A DNA stretch of 64,000 nucleotides. Origin: Scyliorhinus canicula (lineage: Eukaryota). A program made the translations under genes and the position numbers. Shown one piece after another: positions 1 through 12,200 of this stretch. The notes under the pieces are model-generated. The model was not told the origin of the DNA. It did not search any database and saw only the letters and a program-made list of their open reading frames with translations. Positions within the stretch are counted from its first letter, which is position 1. Every line of letters begins with the position of its first letter. The stretch covers positions 434,001 to 498,000 of the forward strand of contig NW_024056010.1 of the NCBI RefSeq assembly GCF_902713615.1. The letters are read 5' to 3'.

Positions 1-10
1 AAAGGTTTCA

Positions 11-170
11 AACATCAGTGTGACTGGCAAAGCACCGAGACCCACACAACACACACTCGAGTCAGAGTGTTCCAGTGAACTGACTGTGAAAACATCAGTG
101 TGACTGGAAAAGCAGCGAGACCCACACAACACACACCCGAGTGAGAGAGTTCCAGTTAACTGACTGTGGA
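11..170 (+). repeat. 80-bp tandem duplication inside the degenerate ZNF leader
   Basis: aacatcagtgtgactgg...ttccagt(g/t)aactgactgtg begins at 11 and again at 91. Confidence 0.85.
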
Positions 171-297
171 AAGATCTTTAATCAGTTGCACAGCCTGAAG
201 AAACATCACAACATTCACTGCAGGGAGAGTCTGTACCCGTATTCTGTGTGTGATAAGGGCATCAATGAACCTGGAGAGACACAAGGTGACCCGCACT

Positions 298-807
298 ATG
301 GGGAAACCGTGGAAATGTGGGGACTGTGGGAAGGGATTCAAAGCTCCGTCTGTGCTGGACATTCATCAACGCAGTCACACTGGAGAGAGGCCGTTCACCT
401 GCTCTGACTGTGGGAAAGGGTTCAGTGATTCATCCAACCTGCTGATGCACCAGCGAGTTCACAGCGGGGTGAGGCCATACACCTGCTGTGATTGTGGGAA
501 GGGGTTCAGTCGATCATCCAACCTTCAGTCACACCAGCGAGTTCACACTGGTGAGAGGCCATTCACCTGCTCTGAATGTGGGAATGCGTTCACACTGTTA
601 TCCCATTTGCAGACACACCAAAGAGTTCACACTGGGGAGAAGCCTTTCGCCTGCTCCCAGTGTGACAAAGGATTTACTAATTTATCCAATCTACAGAAAC
701 ACCAGCGGGTTCACACGGGGGAGAGGCCATTCACCTGCTCTCAGTGTGGGAAGGGATTCACACAGTCAGCCAACCTGAAGACACATCAACGAGTTCACAA
801 GCAATAA
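298..807 (+). CDS. C2H2 zinc-finger protein ZF-1 (6 fingers)
   Basis: ORF 250..807; ATG at 298 in context actATGG begins [10 protein letters not shown]; six C-X2-C...H-X3-H fingers with TGERPF/TGEKPF linkers. Confidence 0.85.
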   Translation: MGKPWKCGDCGKGFKAPSVLDIHQRSHTGERPFTCSDCGKGFSDSSNLLMHQRVHSGVRPYTCCDCGKGFSRSSNLQSHQRVHTGERPFTCSECGNAFTLLSHLQTHQRVHTGEKPFACSQCDKGFTNLSNLQKHQRVHTGERPFTCSQCGKGFTQSANLKTHQRVHKQ

Positions 808-939
808 CAGGGGTTGGATTCTGCTGTTATTGCTGCTGTTAATCACATCCAGGATTGATATGCTCACAATTGGTGATGTGGGAGGGTTTCTTTCGGCTGG
901 ACTGGCCGGTCTCCCAACTTTGCTTCCAGTTGGTTGATG

Positions 940-1401
940 TGTTAATTCCTGGCTAATTTGCTGTCAGTCTAGATTCAATAAAATCTGAGATGGATTTGCA
1001 GGTATCATATCATTTAATAATAACTAACTTGCAAGGCTGCATCAATCCATAGAGCTACAGGGCACACATACTGTCTTCTGCAACATCCAGGAGTAAGAGA
1101 GATCGTATACAGAGAAGCTTATGCTGATATATTCAAACTCACAATACAATTCACATATAAGCTTCCCATTGGTCATTCTATACACCTCCTGACCTGGTCC
1201 TATATCCTAATTGGTCACTTTGCATTGTAACCCCAGCATCCTTTTCACCATGCGGCTACCCTCCCCCGAGGGTCTCAAACAGGCTTTTGCTAAATCCCTT
1301 TGTCCTTTGTCTGTGAGCTCACTACCATCGGACCGGCCCTATTTATCTATACTATTTTAACTAATAATCCTATTTTTATCATTCATTTATTCATTTCTTC
1401 A
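940..1401 (-). mobile_element. Solo LTR in the 3' region of ZF-1
   Basis: TG...CA termini; 4-bp TSD GATG at 936-939 and 1402-1405; interrupts sequence that is contiguous (ggctgatgctc) in the paralogous ZF-2 3' region; CCAAT and ATTAAA motifs read on the minus strand. Confidence 0.7.
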
Positions 1402-1539
1402 GATGCTGAGCCGAGAGGAGCACATTTCCACTGAAATGATTCATAAACTGATGATGGACATCTATTTCATCCTGAATAGTGGTGTTTTTTCCTACCAGTT
1501 TAGGTGGATCTAACATAAATACATTTGTCTCTGTTGCAT

Positions 1540-2560
1540 TGAGTCTACAGCAGAAGCCCAGGCCAGTCGGCTTAATTGGTCTGTGTCAGTATTAATGCCC
1601 CACATGCGTTTCCACCCACCCCTCTACATCTCCCCCATCAGCAGCTCCTAATCTTTTTCCCTCATGTATGTATCTAGCTTTCCTTTCAATGTATTCATGC
1701 TGTTCACCTCAACCACTCACTGTGGTGGTGAGTTCCATATTCTCAGCACTCACTGGGTAACAAGGTTTCTCATTAACTCCCTATTGGATTATTGAATCCC
1801 CTCATAATCTTAAAGACTTCCATTAGGTCACCCTTCCTTCAGTCTTCTCCTTTCTAGAGAAAAGCAATCCCAGCCTTTCCTGGGGGTTAAATGCTCTCAG
1901 TCCGGGTATCATTCTTCAGAATCTTTGCTCCTTCTCCAGTGCCTCTATTTCCTTTTTCTAAATGGAGATAAGCAATGCTGACAGAGCTCCCAGTGTAGTC
2001 GAACCATCGTTTTAAACAAGTTGGACATTTCCTCCGTGCTTTCCAATTCTATCCCTCTGGAATGGAACCCTGTATATGGGCCCCACACTTTCGGAAAGAC
2101 GTGAAGTTCTTGGAGAGGAGACTTAAGAGAGTGTACCAGGGATGAGGGACTTCAGTGAGTTGGAGAGACTGAAGCAGCTGATATTGTTATTTTGAGGTCA
2201 GGAGATCAACGAAGGCCATTCAGCCTATTGATTCCCTGGAGCAAACTAGTCAGTCCCATTACCGCAATCTATCCCTGTAGCCCTGCAAGTTTAGTTCCCT
2301 AAATGCCAATTCAGTTTCTGTTTCAAATTTTCGACTGTCTTCATTCCCACCCCAGCTCACAGGCAAGTTCCAGGTCATTTCCATTCGCTGCATCAAAATA
2401 TTCTCCCACACGCTCCCCCTGCATCTCTTACCCGAAACCTAAAATCTGTGTCCTGCTCGTCCTTGTCCCTTCAGCTAATGGCAACAGCTTTTCTTTATCC
2501 ACCTTATCTAAACCTGTTCTAATCTTGTCCACCTCTATCAACTCTCCCCTCAACCTCCTT
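1540..2560. mobile_element. Old CR1-type LINE 3' fragments (mostly minus)
   Basis: Translation RRLRGELIEVDKIRTGLDKVDKEKLLPLAEGTRT matches the CR1 ORF2 C-terminus; several degenerate pieces. Confidence 0.7.
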
Positions 2561-2982
2561 GATGAATCTCTGTCTCTATTCGGGCACCCTGGATATCCGT
2601 TATCCCTTCTCAGTTCCCAAAAATCAGAGGTCAAGTCTGTGTTTTTTGGCAAACTCCACTGGAACTTTATTTTGTCAGCTGTAGTGCCCACTGGTAACTT
2701 TATTTTCAATACAACAGTTAGTGTTCTGACTCGCCCATTTGCAAGCTAGTCAGATTGATTGTCTTTAGTGAATACCGTGGTTGAGTTTTAAAATACAGAT
2801 CGTGGTAATTCTTCAAATCATAATACACAGTATAAAATGACTCAGTGATTTAAACAAAAGAAAGATGACAATTTAGCAAAAGCAACAAGGAAATAAGTTT
2901 TAGAAAAATATGGATTGATTCCGGAATGGGTTTTTCCATCCTGGGTAAGTTATTCTTAAGGAGATTCCTACCTTAAGGTCTC

Positions 2983-3212
2983 AGGCTAGCAGGATGGTGC
3001 AGTGGTAGCACTGCAGTCTCACGGCACTGAGGTCCCAGGTTTGATCCGGACTCTGGGTCACTGTCCATGTGCAGTTTGCATATTCTCCCATATTTGCGTG
3101 GGTTTCGTCCCCACAACCTAAAGATGTGCAGGGTAGGTGGATTGAACACGCTAATATTGCCTCTTTAATTGGAAAAATGAATTGGGTACACTAAATTTTT
3201 TTTTTTTTAAAT
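2983..3212 (+). mobile_element. HE1-type tRNA-derived SINE, A/T-tail subfamily
   Basis: A box tggtgcagtgg, B box ggtttgatcc, body gtcactgtccatgtgcagtttgca, tail aattgggtacactaaattttt; TSD cttaaggtctc at 2972-2982 and 3213-3223. Confidence 0.85.
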
Positions 3213-4539
3213 CTTAAGGTCTCGTCTTCTTTTCACCCCGATTGGCTTTAACTAATTTATAATTCACTCAATTCGGCCAAATTGTCTGTCTATCAATTTT
3301 AAGAGATATATGTATTTAAATATATTGGTGCCAATTTCTCATTCCATCGCCTGCCAATTTTCTAACTTATCCACACGTGCATCGAGACATTATTGGGGAA
3401 ATACAGTTTTCGCTAAGAAATTATCAGCCCTAGACTGGATGTTACTACAGAGACGGAACTACCAGTTCTTAACTGTATAACAATGGGGCCTTTCATCTAG
3501 TTGATGTCATTGTTCTTAGAATCGTAAGCAAGTCTCAAGCAACTTGCAAAATGTAAAACCTGAGAAAGAAATTTGAGCGTGTTATCTGGATTAACCCTTA
3601 ATGGGTTCCCAGCTATTTGTTGCACTAAAGTAATGCCTACTGTGAGTATAGTTAATTTATTCTTAATGAGTTCTCATTTAAACTTTTTATATCTGACAAG
3701 AAAAGTCAATTTCTATAACTCCTTTACTCATTGTGAACAACCCCAGCCTGACATCCACAGTAAAGAAAACAAAGAATATGTTAATGTCTGAAATCAATTG
3801 GGAATGTTTAATTTCTGTTTTAAAGATATTCTGAATATGTTGTCCTGGACAATAAATGAATTGGAATACTTTCCCTTGGGTGTGTCTCAATGGAATATAT
3901 CAATCTGGTATCCACCTACGTTCTCGTGAAAGTCTGGAATGTGTAAATGGGATGAATAAGTTGATCACTTTCTCTTGGAAATATTTACATCCTTGCCCAT
4001 GAACTTTGTTTTAAAGAAGTTCAGCCACTACATAAAATATCAGCACCGTAACATGGGGAGATAAGAAAGACAGACTCACTTTGGTCTTTTCATCAGCACA
4101 TCTGAGAGTTAAGAATGTGTGACATGATTTGGGGATACTGCTGTGAGTGCGCAGATGTGATTTGTTACATGTGAAAAACAGCAAGTGTAAATTCACAGTG
4201 AAATGGGCTGAAGAGTGGGACCCAAACACACACAGCTACTTGAGACATAGCAGGAGATAAAATGGTTAATGTGACCAAGGGATTGAGACAACATTGTGAC
4301 AGCACCAAGGCATTGACACACACTCCAGAGAGAAACTGACTTTAAAACAATCAATGGCGATGGTGCTTCTACCCAGAGTGTAATGGTAATGCTGCTGCAC
4401 TTAGATACTACTGCTCAGACATTAGAGTGTGTCTGCTCTTATTTATACTGAATAAAATCTAACCACTGCCACCAATAAGGGCTATAACTGTGAATCATTT
4501 CAGAGTTTGGGAAAGTGGGGGTGTTAAGGGTCAATACAA

Positions 4540-5720
4540 ATCAGGAGTTGGCCATTCGGCCCCTCGAGTCTGCTCCACCATTCAATAAAATCAGAGCTAA
4601 TCTGATTGTGGTCTCAACTCCTTTCCTTCCTCCACCCTTTCACTCTCTTGTCAATCAAGAATCTATCAAATTCAGCCTTAAAGCAGACTCAAAGGCCCTG
4701 CCTCCACCACTCTCTGGGGAAGAAAGATTCATAGACCCACAGTCATCGGGGCAAAATTATCATCAGCATCTTCAATGGGAGACCCCTTATTTGTAAATGT
4801 TGTCCCCTAGTTCTGGTCTCTGCCACAAGGGGAGGCATTCTCTCTGTCAATTCCAGTCAGCGTCTCATGTGTTTAAATAGGATCATCTTTCATTCTTCTA
4901 AACTGCAATGGATACAGGCCCAACCTGTCAAACCTTTCCTCAGAGGATAACCCCCTCATTCCAGGAATCCGGGGAGTTAACCTCTCTACTGCATCTAAAG
5001 CACTTATCTCATTACTGAAATAAGGAGACGCAAACGGTACACAGTGCTCTAAATATGGTCCCACGAAGGCCCTGTACAACTGCAGCAAAACATCCTTACT
5101 TTTTGTTTCCATTTCCTTTGCAATTAACAACAATGCCATTGACCTTCCTGATCACTTGCTGTACCTGCAGACTAACTGTATCAGGGCACACTGATCCCTC
5201 TGTAACTCCAAGTTCTGCAATCTCTCCATTTAAATAATATTGTTTATTTAATACTTCCTGACAAAATGGACAATTCACATTTTCCAAAGTTATGCTCCAG
5301 CTGACAGGTTTTTGCCACTCACTTAACCTATTTGTAATCCTTTGCAGATTCCTGAAATCCACTTCACAAATTACTTTCCTACCTGCCTTTGAGGCATCAG
5401 AAAATGTAGCCGCCAGACATTCAATCCCGTCATCCAACACATTCATACAGATTGTAAATGGTTGGGAGCCCAGCACGGAACCTGGTGACATTCCACTTGT
5501 CACATCTTACCCACCCAGAAATAACCCATTCATACCTACTGGCTGCTTCCTGTTCGCTAACCAATCCTCTATCCATGCTGATATGTTGATCCCACACCAT
5601 GAGTTCTTATTTTGTGTATTAACCTTTGATGTGACACCTTCGGAAATGATAAAAGCACATCTACAGGTTCCCCTTTATTGACATCCCTTGTCACTTCCTC
5701 AGAGAACCTTGCTAAATTAG
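4540..5720 (-). mobile_element. CR1 LINE 3' portion (RT C-terminal half)
   Basis: ORFs GSVLGSQPFTICMNVLDDGIEC...FSDASK and LLQLYRAFVGPYLEHCV...RLGLYPLQFRRM are typical CR1 ORF2. Confidence 0.85.
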
Positions 5721-5724
5721 TGAA

Positions 5725-5906
5725 TAAAATGAAATGAAAATCACATTGTCACAAGTAGACTTGAAATGAAGTTGCTGTGAAAAACCCCTAGTTGCCACAT
5801 GCCGGCACCTTTTCGGGGAGGCTGGTACGGGAATTGAACTGTGCTGCTGGCTTGCCTTGGTCTGCTTTCAAAGCCAGAAATTTAGCCCTGTGCTAAACCA
5901 GCCCCT
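5725..5906 (-). mobile_element. Second tRNA-like SINE family (tail ggaatgtggcgactaggggcttttcacagtaacttc...(cattt)n)
   Basis: Minus strand reads ggggctggtttagcacagggct...cagttcaattcccgtaccagcc...tail. Tail copies also at ~21915-22040(-), 23480-23575(+), 35605-35690(+), 49835-49930(+), 57490-57650(-). Confidence 0.7.
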
Positions 5907-6652
5907 AATGTTCTAGTCATGTTCAGAATGTTCTAGTCAATCACGGTTGATTCCCTGAACCCATTTTCAAACACTGTCAAAAGAAAAATCAAATTTCCTT
6001 TACCCCTCTGGTTCCTTTGCCAATGACCTTAGACGGACTCACTTTCTGTTAAAGAGCCTGTCAAACTCTCACCCACTTGCCCGAAAGTGAACAAATTTAA
6101 TCAGGAAAAGTCAACAAATTCAAATATTTTCCTGTGAAAAGTTTATTGATCAAACAGAACATGGTTTAAAAAAAATAACAGAAAATTACTTGAGGATCAA
6201 AGACAACCAGAGTAACAGGATGTTCACAATATTCTGGTCCCAAACAGTTTCCCTTCAGCTCCTTTGTACCCTGTTCCCGTGACTCCCCGCTTTGGACACG
6301 GGGCACTGAACCATCAGGCCCTGTCACCCCTCCCCACTGAACCCTGATTGGTAGGAGGTCCAGTTCCCAGTCGGCCTCTAGCACCTTCCTGTCTCTATTT
6401 GCGACGCACATGGCAGTTCCCCAACTGAGGAATAGGCCCCGTTATTGTCAGCTAAATTCAGCCCTCTGCGCCGTCACCAGGCTGTCATTGACATGAGCAA
6501 TAGAGACAGAAAGGTGCCTGAGGGTCAAATAGGAAGACAAAACTTGTGGATTTAGACTCCCATAAAGGTCAGCAACGTTTGAGAAAAAAAATCAAATTCC
6601 CAGTCAACAAATGAAAGGATGACACGACGGGACTTCAAGTTTTATGACTTTT

Positions 6653-7875
6653 GCACTGATAACGGCACCGTTGCCGCTTCCGTCGACGCAGTGTAGCACG
6701 GGCCCGGTGGTGACGGCGACATTGAGGATCTGGGGGCAGTGGAGATGGCACAGAGGGGAGGCAGGGACTTCAATCTGGGCCCCGATACAGAATAATCACT
6801 GGTTCGTTCCGGGTAGAATAGACGGGGCGTTCCTATGTTGGCACAGGGTGGGTATCAAAAGGATGGGGGACGTGTTCATTGATGGGACTTTTGCTCGTCT
6901 GAAGGAGAAATTTGGGCTACCCCCGGGGAATACCTTTAGGTACATGCAGGTTCGTGAAAAAGGTGGGGGAATTCCCACTGCTGCCTGCCCGGAAGATACA
7001 GGACAGCGTGGTCTCAGGGGTGTGGGTAGGGGATGGCAAGATATTGGAAATATATCAGGAGCTGCAGAAGGCGGAGGAGGCCTCGGTGGAGGAGCTGAAG
7101 GGCAAGTGGGAGGAGGAGCTGGGTGAGGAGCTGGATGAGGGCCTGTGGGCTGACACCCTGGGCAGGGTCAATTCCTCCTCACCTTGCTCCAGGCTCAGCC
7201 TGATATAGTTTAAGGTGGTGCACCGGGCACATATGACAGTGGCGAGAATCAGTATGTTCTTCGGGGTGGAGGATAGGTGTGTGAGGTGCTCAGAGAGCCT
7301 GACAAATCATGTCCATATGTTCTGGGCATGCCCGGCACTTACAGGGTTTTGGAAAGGCTTCGCAAAGGCTCTGTCCAAGGTCCTGAACACTCGGGTAAAA
7401 CCGAGCTGGTGGATAGCGATATTTGTGGTATCGGACGATCCGGGAGTGCAGGAGTCGAAAGAGGCCGGAGTTCTGGCCTTTGCCTCCTTAGTGGCCCGGA
7501 GAAGGCTCTTGTTAATGTGGAGGACGCGAAGCCCCCAAGCGTAGAGGCTTGGGTCAGTGACATGGCGAGATTTCTCAGGTTAGAGAGGATAAAGTTTGCC
7601 TTGCGTGGGTGCTTACAGGGGTTCTCCAGGCGGTGGCAACCGTTCCTTGACTTTCTCGCGGAACATTAGGTGGAGGTCAGCAGCAGCAGCAAACCGGCGG
7701 GGGGGGGGGGGCTTAGGCAGTGGATGGATTTCATTTGTAAAGGGCAGATTCCCCACCTTATTTTGTTAAATTAAGTTGTTTTCTGTTTTACTGCTACGTT
7801 TTCTTTTCGTTGTTTTCTTTTTGTAGTACTTTGTAAAAATTATTGAAAACTTTTGAATACAAACAAATTTTTAAA
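6653..7875 (+). mobile_element. 5'-truncated L1/Tx1-clade LINE
   Basis: ORF2 C-terminal Cys-rich region (CVRC...HVHMFWACP, WQPFL), T-rich 3'UTR, A tail; 16-bp TSD aagttttatgactttt at 6637-6652 and 7876-7891. Confidence 0.9.
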
Positions 7876-8079
7876 AAGTTTTATGACTTTTAATACAACA
7901 AAAATAAACTAGAAGCTACTTTAACTCGGAAACCTACACGTTAAACTATAAACGAGAACTGTGCCCTTGCACAATCTGAAATCACACTCCAACATTATGG
8001 TTACACTGTCCTGGAAGTCGAAACTTAATTGTGTCAGAACCTGTCCGAAGTGATGATTCATTCCCGAGGATTTACTTCC

Positions 8080-8720
8080 GTTCTTCAACCAAGACACCGA
8101 GGTAAAAAAAGGGAGAATAGAATGTGAACTAGCAAAATACATAAAAATGGACTGTAAAAGTTTCTGTGGCTACGTAAAAAGGAAACGTTTGGCTCAGACA
8201 AAGGTTTGTCCGTTCCAGATAGAGTCAGGAGAATTTAGAATGAGGAAGAGATCTCTACAGCCACCTCGTTCAGCACTCTGGGATGTAGATCATCAGCTTT
8301 TGGGTATTTATTCACTTTCAACCCCATTAATTTATCCAGTGCTACTTTTTCACCAATACTAATCTCTGCCAGTCCTTTGGTTCTCTGGTATTTTGGGGAC
8401 AATTTCTGTATCTTCCTCTGTGAAGACAGACACACATTGTTTAGTTTCTCTGCATTTCCTTACTCCCCATTATAAACTCTCCTGTCTCTGCCTGGAATGG
8501 ACCCACATTGGTCTTTGCTAATCTTTTCCTTTTCACATTCCTGTAGAAGCTTTTCCAGTTGGTTTTTATGTTTCTCCCCAGTTTGCTCGCATCAGTTTCT
8601 TGATCCTCCTTTGCTGAATTCTAATGGATCTCATGGAATCTTTAACTTTTCTTGTTAGCCACGGTTACATCACTTTTCCTGTTGGATTTTTGTTCCTTAA
8701 AGGAATCTATATTTGTTGTA
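8080..8720. mobile_element. CR1 LINE fragments in both orientations
   Basis: MDCKSFCGYVKRKRLAQTKVCP (+) and KLMGLKVNKYPKADDLHPRVLNEVAVEI (-) are CR1 ORF2 motifs. Confidence 0.75.
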
Positions 8721-9413
8721 TAAGTGTGAAATAAAAGTTGCAAAAATCCCAGCGGACCATAGGCTGCTCTCCCCTTTGACAGAGAGAGAGCTGACTGGAG
8801 CTGATTTAAGCTGAGGGTCAGCACACCTCAGGCGACGGGCCAGGTTGAGAAGGCGGGGCCTTCATGAATAAACTCAGCCAGTACGGGAGTTGAATCCTCA
8901 CTGTTGGCCCCGAACCAACCGTCCAGCCAACTGAGCTGACCGACCCCTGATAAATATGTAATAATTCCTTAACCATTAGGTAGTCCCTGTACCAATCAGT
9001 TTCCCAATCCACCTCAGACATCTTGCCCCTCATACCCGGATAGTTTTCTTCTGTGAGGTACATCCAGATAACTTAAACAAATGAACCATGTAAACACCAG
9101 GGCCCATCTCCATGGCAACGTGGCATGCTTTGGAGTGTTTGAAACAGAAATGGAAACTAAATATCTCCACACTTCCAAACCCCCTTTCACTCTGTGATCC
9201 TTGTACAATTTGAAGCCAGGTATTAGCAAAAAGGCTTAAAGAGCATCAGCCGACTGGAGGCAAAGTGGTGAGATCGGCCAGTCCAGCAGAAAGAAACCCT
9301 CCGACCATCCCCACTGACCACCTGTCAGAATGAACAAAATGCAGTCCTGGGTGTAGAGCAGAAACAATAACAGCAGAATCCAACCCCTGTAATCTATTGT
9401 GAAATTGTTGGTG

Positions 9414-10148
9414 TCACAGCAGGTGCGATGAAACATGCAATCCCGTCTCCGAGTGAGAGGTGGACGGCGTCTCCCCAGTGTGAACGCGCTGGTGTCTCCG
9501 CAGGTTGGATAATTGAGTAAATCCTTTACCACACTGAGAGCAAGTGAATGGCTTCTTCCCAGTGTGAACTCGCTGGTGTGTCCGTAGGGTGGATAAATGT
9601 GCAAATCCTTTCCCACACTGAGAGCAGGAAAATGGCCATTCCCCAGTGTGAACTCGCTGGTGTGTCTGCAGGTGAGATAATTGATTGAATCCCTTCCCAC
9701 ACTGAGAGCAGGTGAATGGCCTCTCCCCAGTATGAATTCGCTGGTGTCTCCGCAGGGTGGATGAATCAATGAATCGCTCCCCACACTGAGAGCAGGTGAA
9801 TGGCCTCTCCCCAGTGTGAACTCGCTGGTGTCTCCGCAAGGTGGATAAATGCGCAAATCCTTTCCCACACTGAGAGCAGGTGAAGGGCCTCTCACCAGTG
9901 TGAACTTGCTGGTGTGACTGCAGGTTGGATACTTGAGGAAATCCTTTCCCACACTGAGAGCAGGTGAATGGCCTCGCCCCAGTGTGAAGTCGCTGGTGTG
10001 TCTGCAGGGTGGATAATTGAATGAACCCCTTCCCACACTTTGAGCAGGTGAATGGCCTCTCCCCAGTGTGACTGCGTCGATGAATCTCCAGCTGAGATGG
10101 GGCTCTGAATCCCTTCCCACAGTCCCCACATTTCCACGGTTTCTCCAT
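9414..10148 (-). CDS. C2H2 zinc-finger protein ZF-2 (8 intact fingers plus degenerate last finger)
   Basis: ORF 9414..10184; ATG at 10148 (aacATGG) begins [10 protein letters not shown]; ends at a TGA inside a decayed ninth finger. Confidence 0.85.
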   Translation of the reverse strand: MEKPWKCGDCGKGFRAPSQLEIHRRSHTGERPFTCSKCGKGFIQLSTLQTHQRLHTGARPFTCSQCGKGFPQVSNLQSHQQVHTGERPFTCSQCGKGFAHLSTLRRHQRVHTGERPFTCSQCGERFIDSSTLRRHQRIHTGERPFTCSQCGKGFNQLSHLQTHQRVHTGEWPFSCSQCGKGFAHLSTLRTHQRVHTGKKPFTCSQCGKGFTQLSNLRRHQRVHTGETPSTSHSETGLHVSSHLL

Positions 10149-11569
10149 GTTTTGGGTCTCCTCGTGTCTCTCCAGGTTGGACAATCAGTGGAAGCCTCGT
10201 CCACAACACGGGTACGGACCCTCCCCGCTCTGAATGTTGTTATGTTTTTCAGGCTGTGTAACTGGTTAAAGCTCTTTCCACAGTCAGTTCAGTGGAACAC
10301 TCTCACTCGGATGTGTGCTGTGTGGGTCTCGGTGCTTTTCCAGTCACACTGATGGTTGAAATATTTAGCTGACAGTTCGGGTAAACATTTCTCCTTCTAG
10401 ATTCAAAGCCCGATGATATTCAGATTCCAAGGAAAGAAATGACTGTCAGATCGAGACATGACGTTTGAGATTTCTGTCTGTAATTCCCCCTTGTCTCACA
10501 TCCTGCAACAAAAATTTACAAAATTCATCACTGTCAGTACAGGATAGAAATGCAGAACAGTCAATTCTAGTTTCTGTGTCACATTTTTTCCTCCCTCTTA
10601 TTCCGCGAAAGCTGTAAATCCCCATCCCACACACTCTCCCTCCATTCTCACTCTGCTGTATCTAATATTCACCCTCCCAATTCTCCTGAAGCTGCTGATT
10701 CAGGCTGATTGACAGATCCATGCTCACAGCTTCCTGTCCAGGTGATCATAACAAATATGAGCTGCATTCGGCCCATCGAACCTTAACCATTCAATGGGAT
10801 CATTGGCCGATCGACCTCAGCACCATTTTCCCACACTATCCCTATGTCCCTTGACCTCTTGAATATCTAGAAACCGATTAATCTATGTCTTGAAAATACT
10901 TAATGACTGAATCTCCAGAATCCTTTGGGGTAGAGAATTCCAAACCTTCACCACATCCTCGAATAAAGAAATCCCTCCTCATCTCAGCTTTCTCTCCATT
11001 TAACTGCCAGTTCCCCATAACACTCGACACCCTCAATCTGATATCTATCGGTGGTGGGGGGGGGGGGGGGGGGGGGGGTGGTCAGCCATGTGATACGGGT
11101 GCGGGAGTAGCTGCTTTTCCACAGGTTCTGGCACCACTCACCTATAATTTGATACTTATCCTAATTGCCTGGCACTCATCTTCCTAATCCTTGAATTCAT
11201 ATTTATTATCGTGTCCCTGGAAGACTTCAGGGTTCGGATGGTAGGATTATGCCGGAAAAATTGAAGAACTGCGTTGATAAACAGCGTTGGTGGATTCAGC
11301 GTGGGTGGAGACGCATTTTCAACATGGAGGCCTGGCCCTCAGGAGGTCTCTCGACCCCCCGCTCTCCGGGGCTCTCTGGGAGGTGGCGAAAACGATGTCT
11401 GCCGACATTATCCGTGTTACTGACCAGAGGCTGAGTGTGCTGACTCAATATCTGTGAGCTCATGAAGCACAGCTGCAAAACCCCATCAAGAGGCCTGGGA
11501 TGAAAACTATCCCTCGGACTCAAAGACCGATGCACCCTTTCTAATTTGAAACGCCCAGGCTTCATAGCC

Positions 11570-11719
11570 TCCAGTGTGAATTCGCTGGTGTCTCCGCAGG
11601 GTGGATGAATCAATGAATCGCTCCCAACACTGAGAGCAGGTGAATGGCCTCTCCCCAGTGTGAACTCGCTGGTGTCTCCGCAAGGTGGATAAATGTGCAA
11701 ATCCTTTCCCACACTGAGA
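11570..11719 (-). pseudogene. 150-bp near-identical copy of two ZF-2 finger segments inserted in the L1
   Basis: Matches ~9726-9875 with only a few substitutions ([31 protein letters not shown](W/G)[18 protein letters not shown]). Confidence 0.9.
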
Positions 11720-11870
11720 TCCGGAGAAGAGAATCCTGAACATTCAGCAAGATGCCTCCTCAACAGAGGCAAGAATTCAATCCTTTGAAAACCAGCCCAG
11801 TGGTGTGGTGGAGGTCCTGGAGGACCGAGGGCAGAGAAAGAACATCCGAGTCATCGGCCTGTCAGATGGT

Positions 11871-12200
11871 CATCATAGAATTTACAGTGCAGAAGAAGGC
11901 CATTCGGCCCATCGAGTCTGCACCTTAGAAAGAGTACCGAACCCAAGCCCTTACCACCACCCCATCCCCCTAACCCCACCTAAACTTTTATTTGGACACT
12001 CAGGGCAATTTAGCATCGCCAATCCACCTAACCTGCACATCTTTGGACTGTGGGAGGAAACCGGAGCACCCGGAGGAAACCCACGCACACATGGGGAGAA
12101 CGTGCAGACGCAGCACAGAAAGTGACCCAAGCTGAGAATCGAACCTGGGACCCTGGAGCTGTGAAGCAACTGTGCTAACCACTGCGCTACCGCGCTCCCC
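11871..12200 (-). mobile_element. HE1-type SINE with CR1-derived tail
   Basis: Minus strand: gggagcgcggtagcgcagtggttagc...ggttcgattc...ggccttcttctgcactgtaaattctatgatg. Confidence 0.9.

Noticed and set aside
9236-10204. Long alternative-frame ORFs ([18 protein letters not shown] repeats), also at 25377-25943 and 36140-37294
   Set aside because: Shadow frames of repetitive C2H2 codons; expected by-product with no independent coding evidence.
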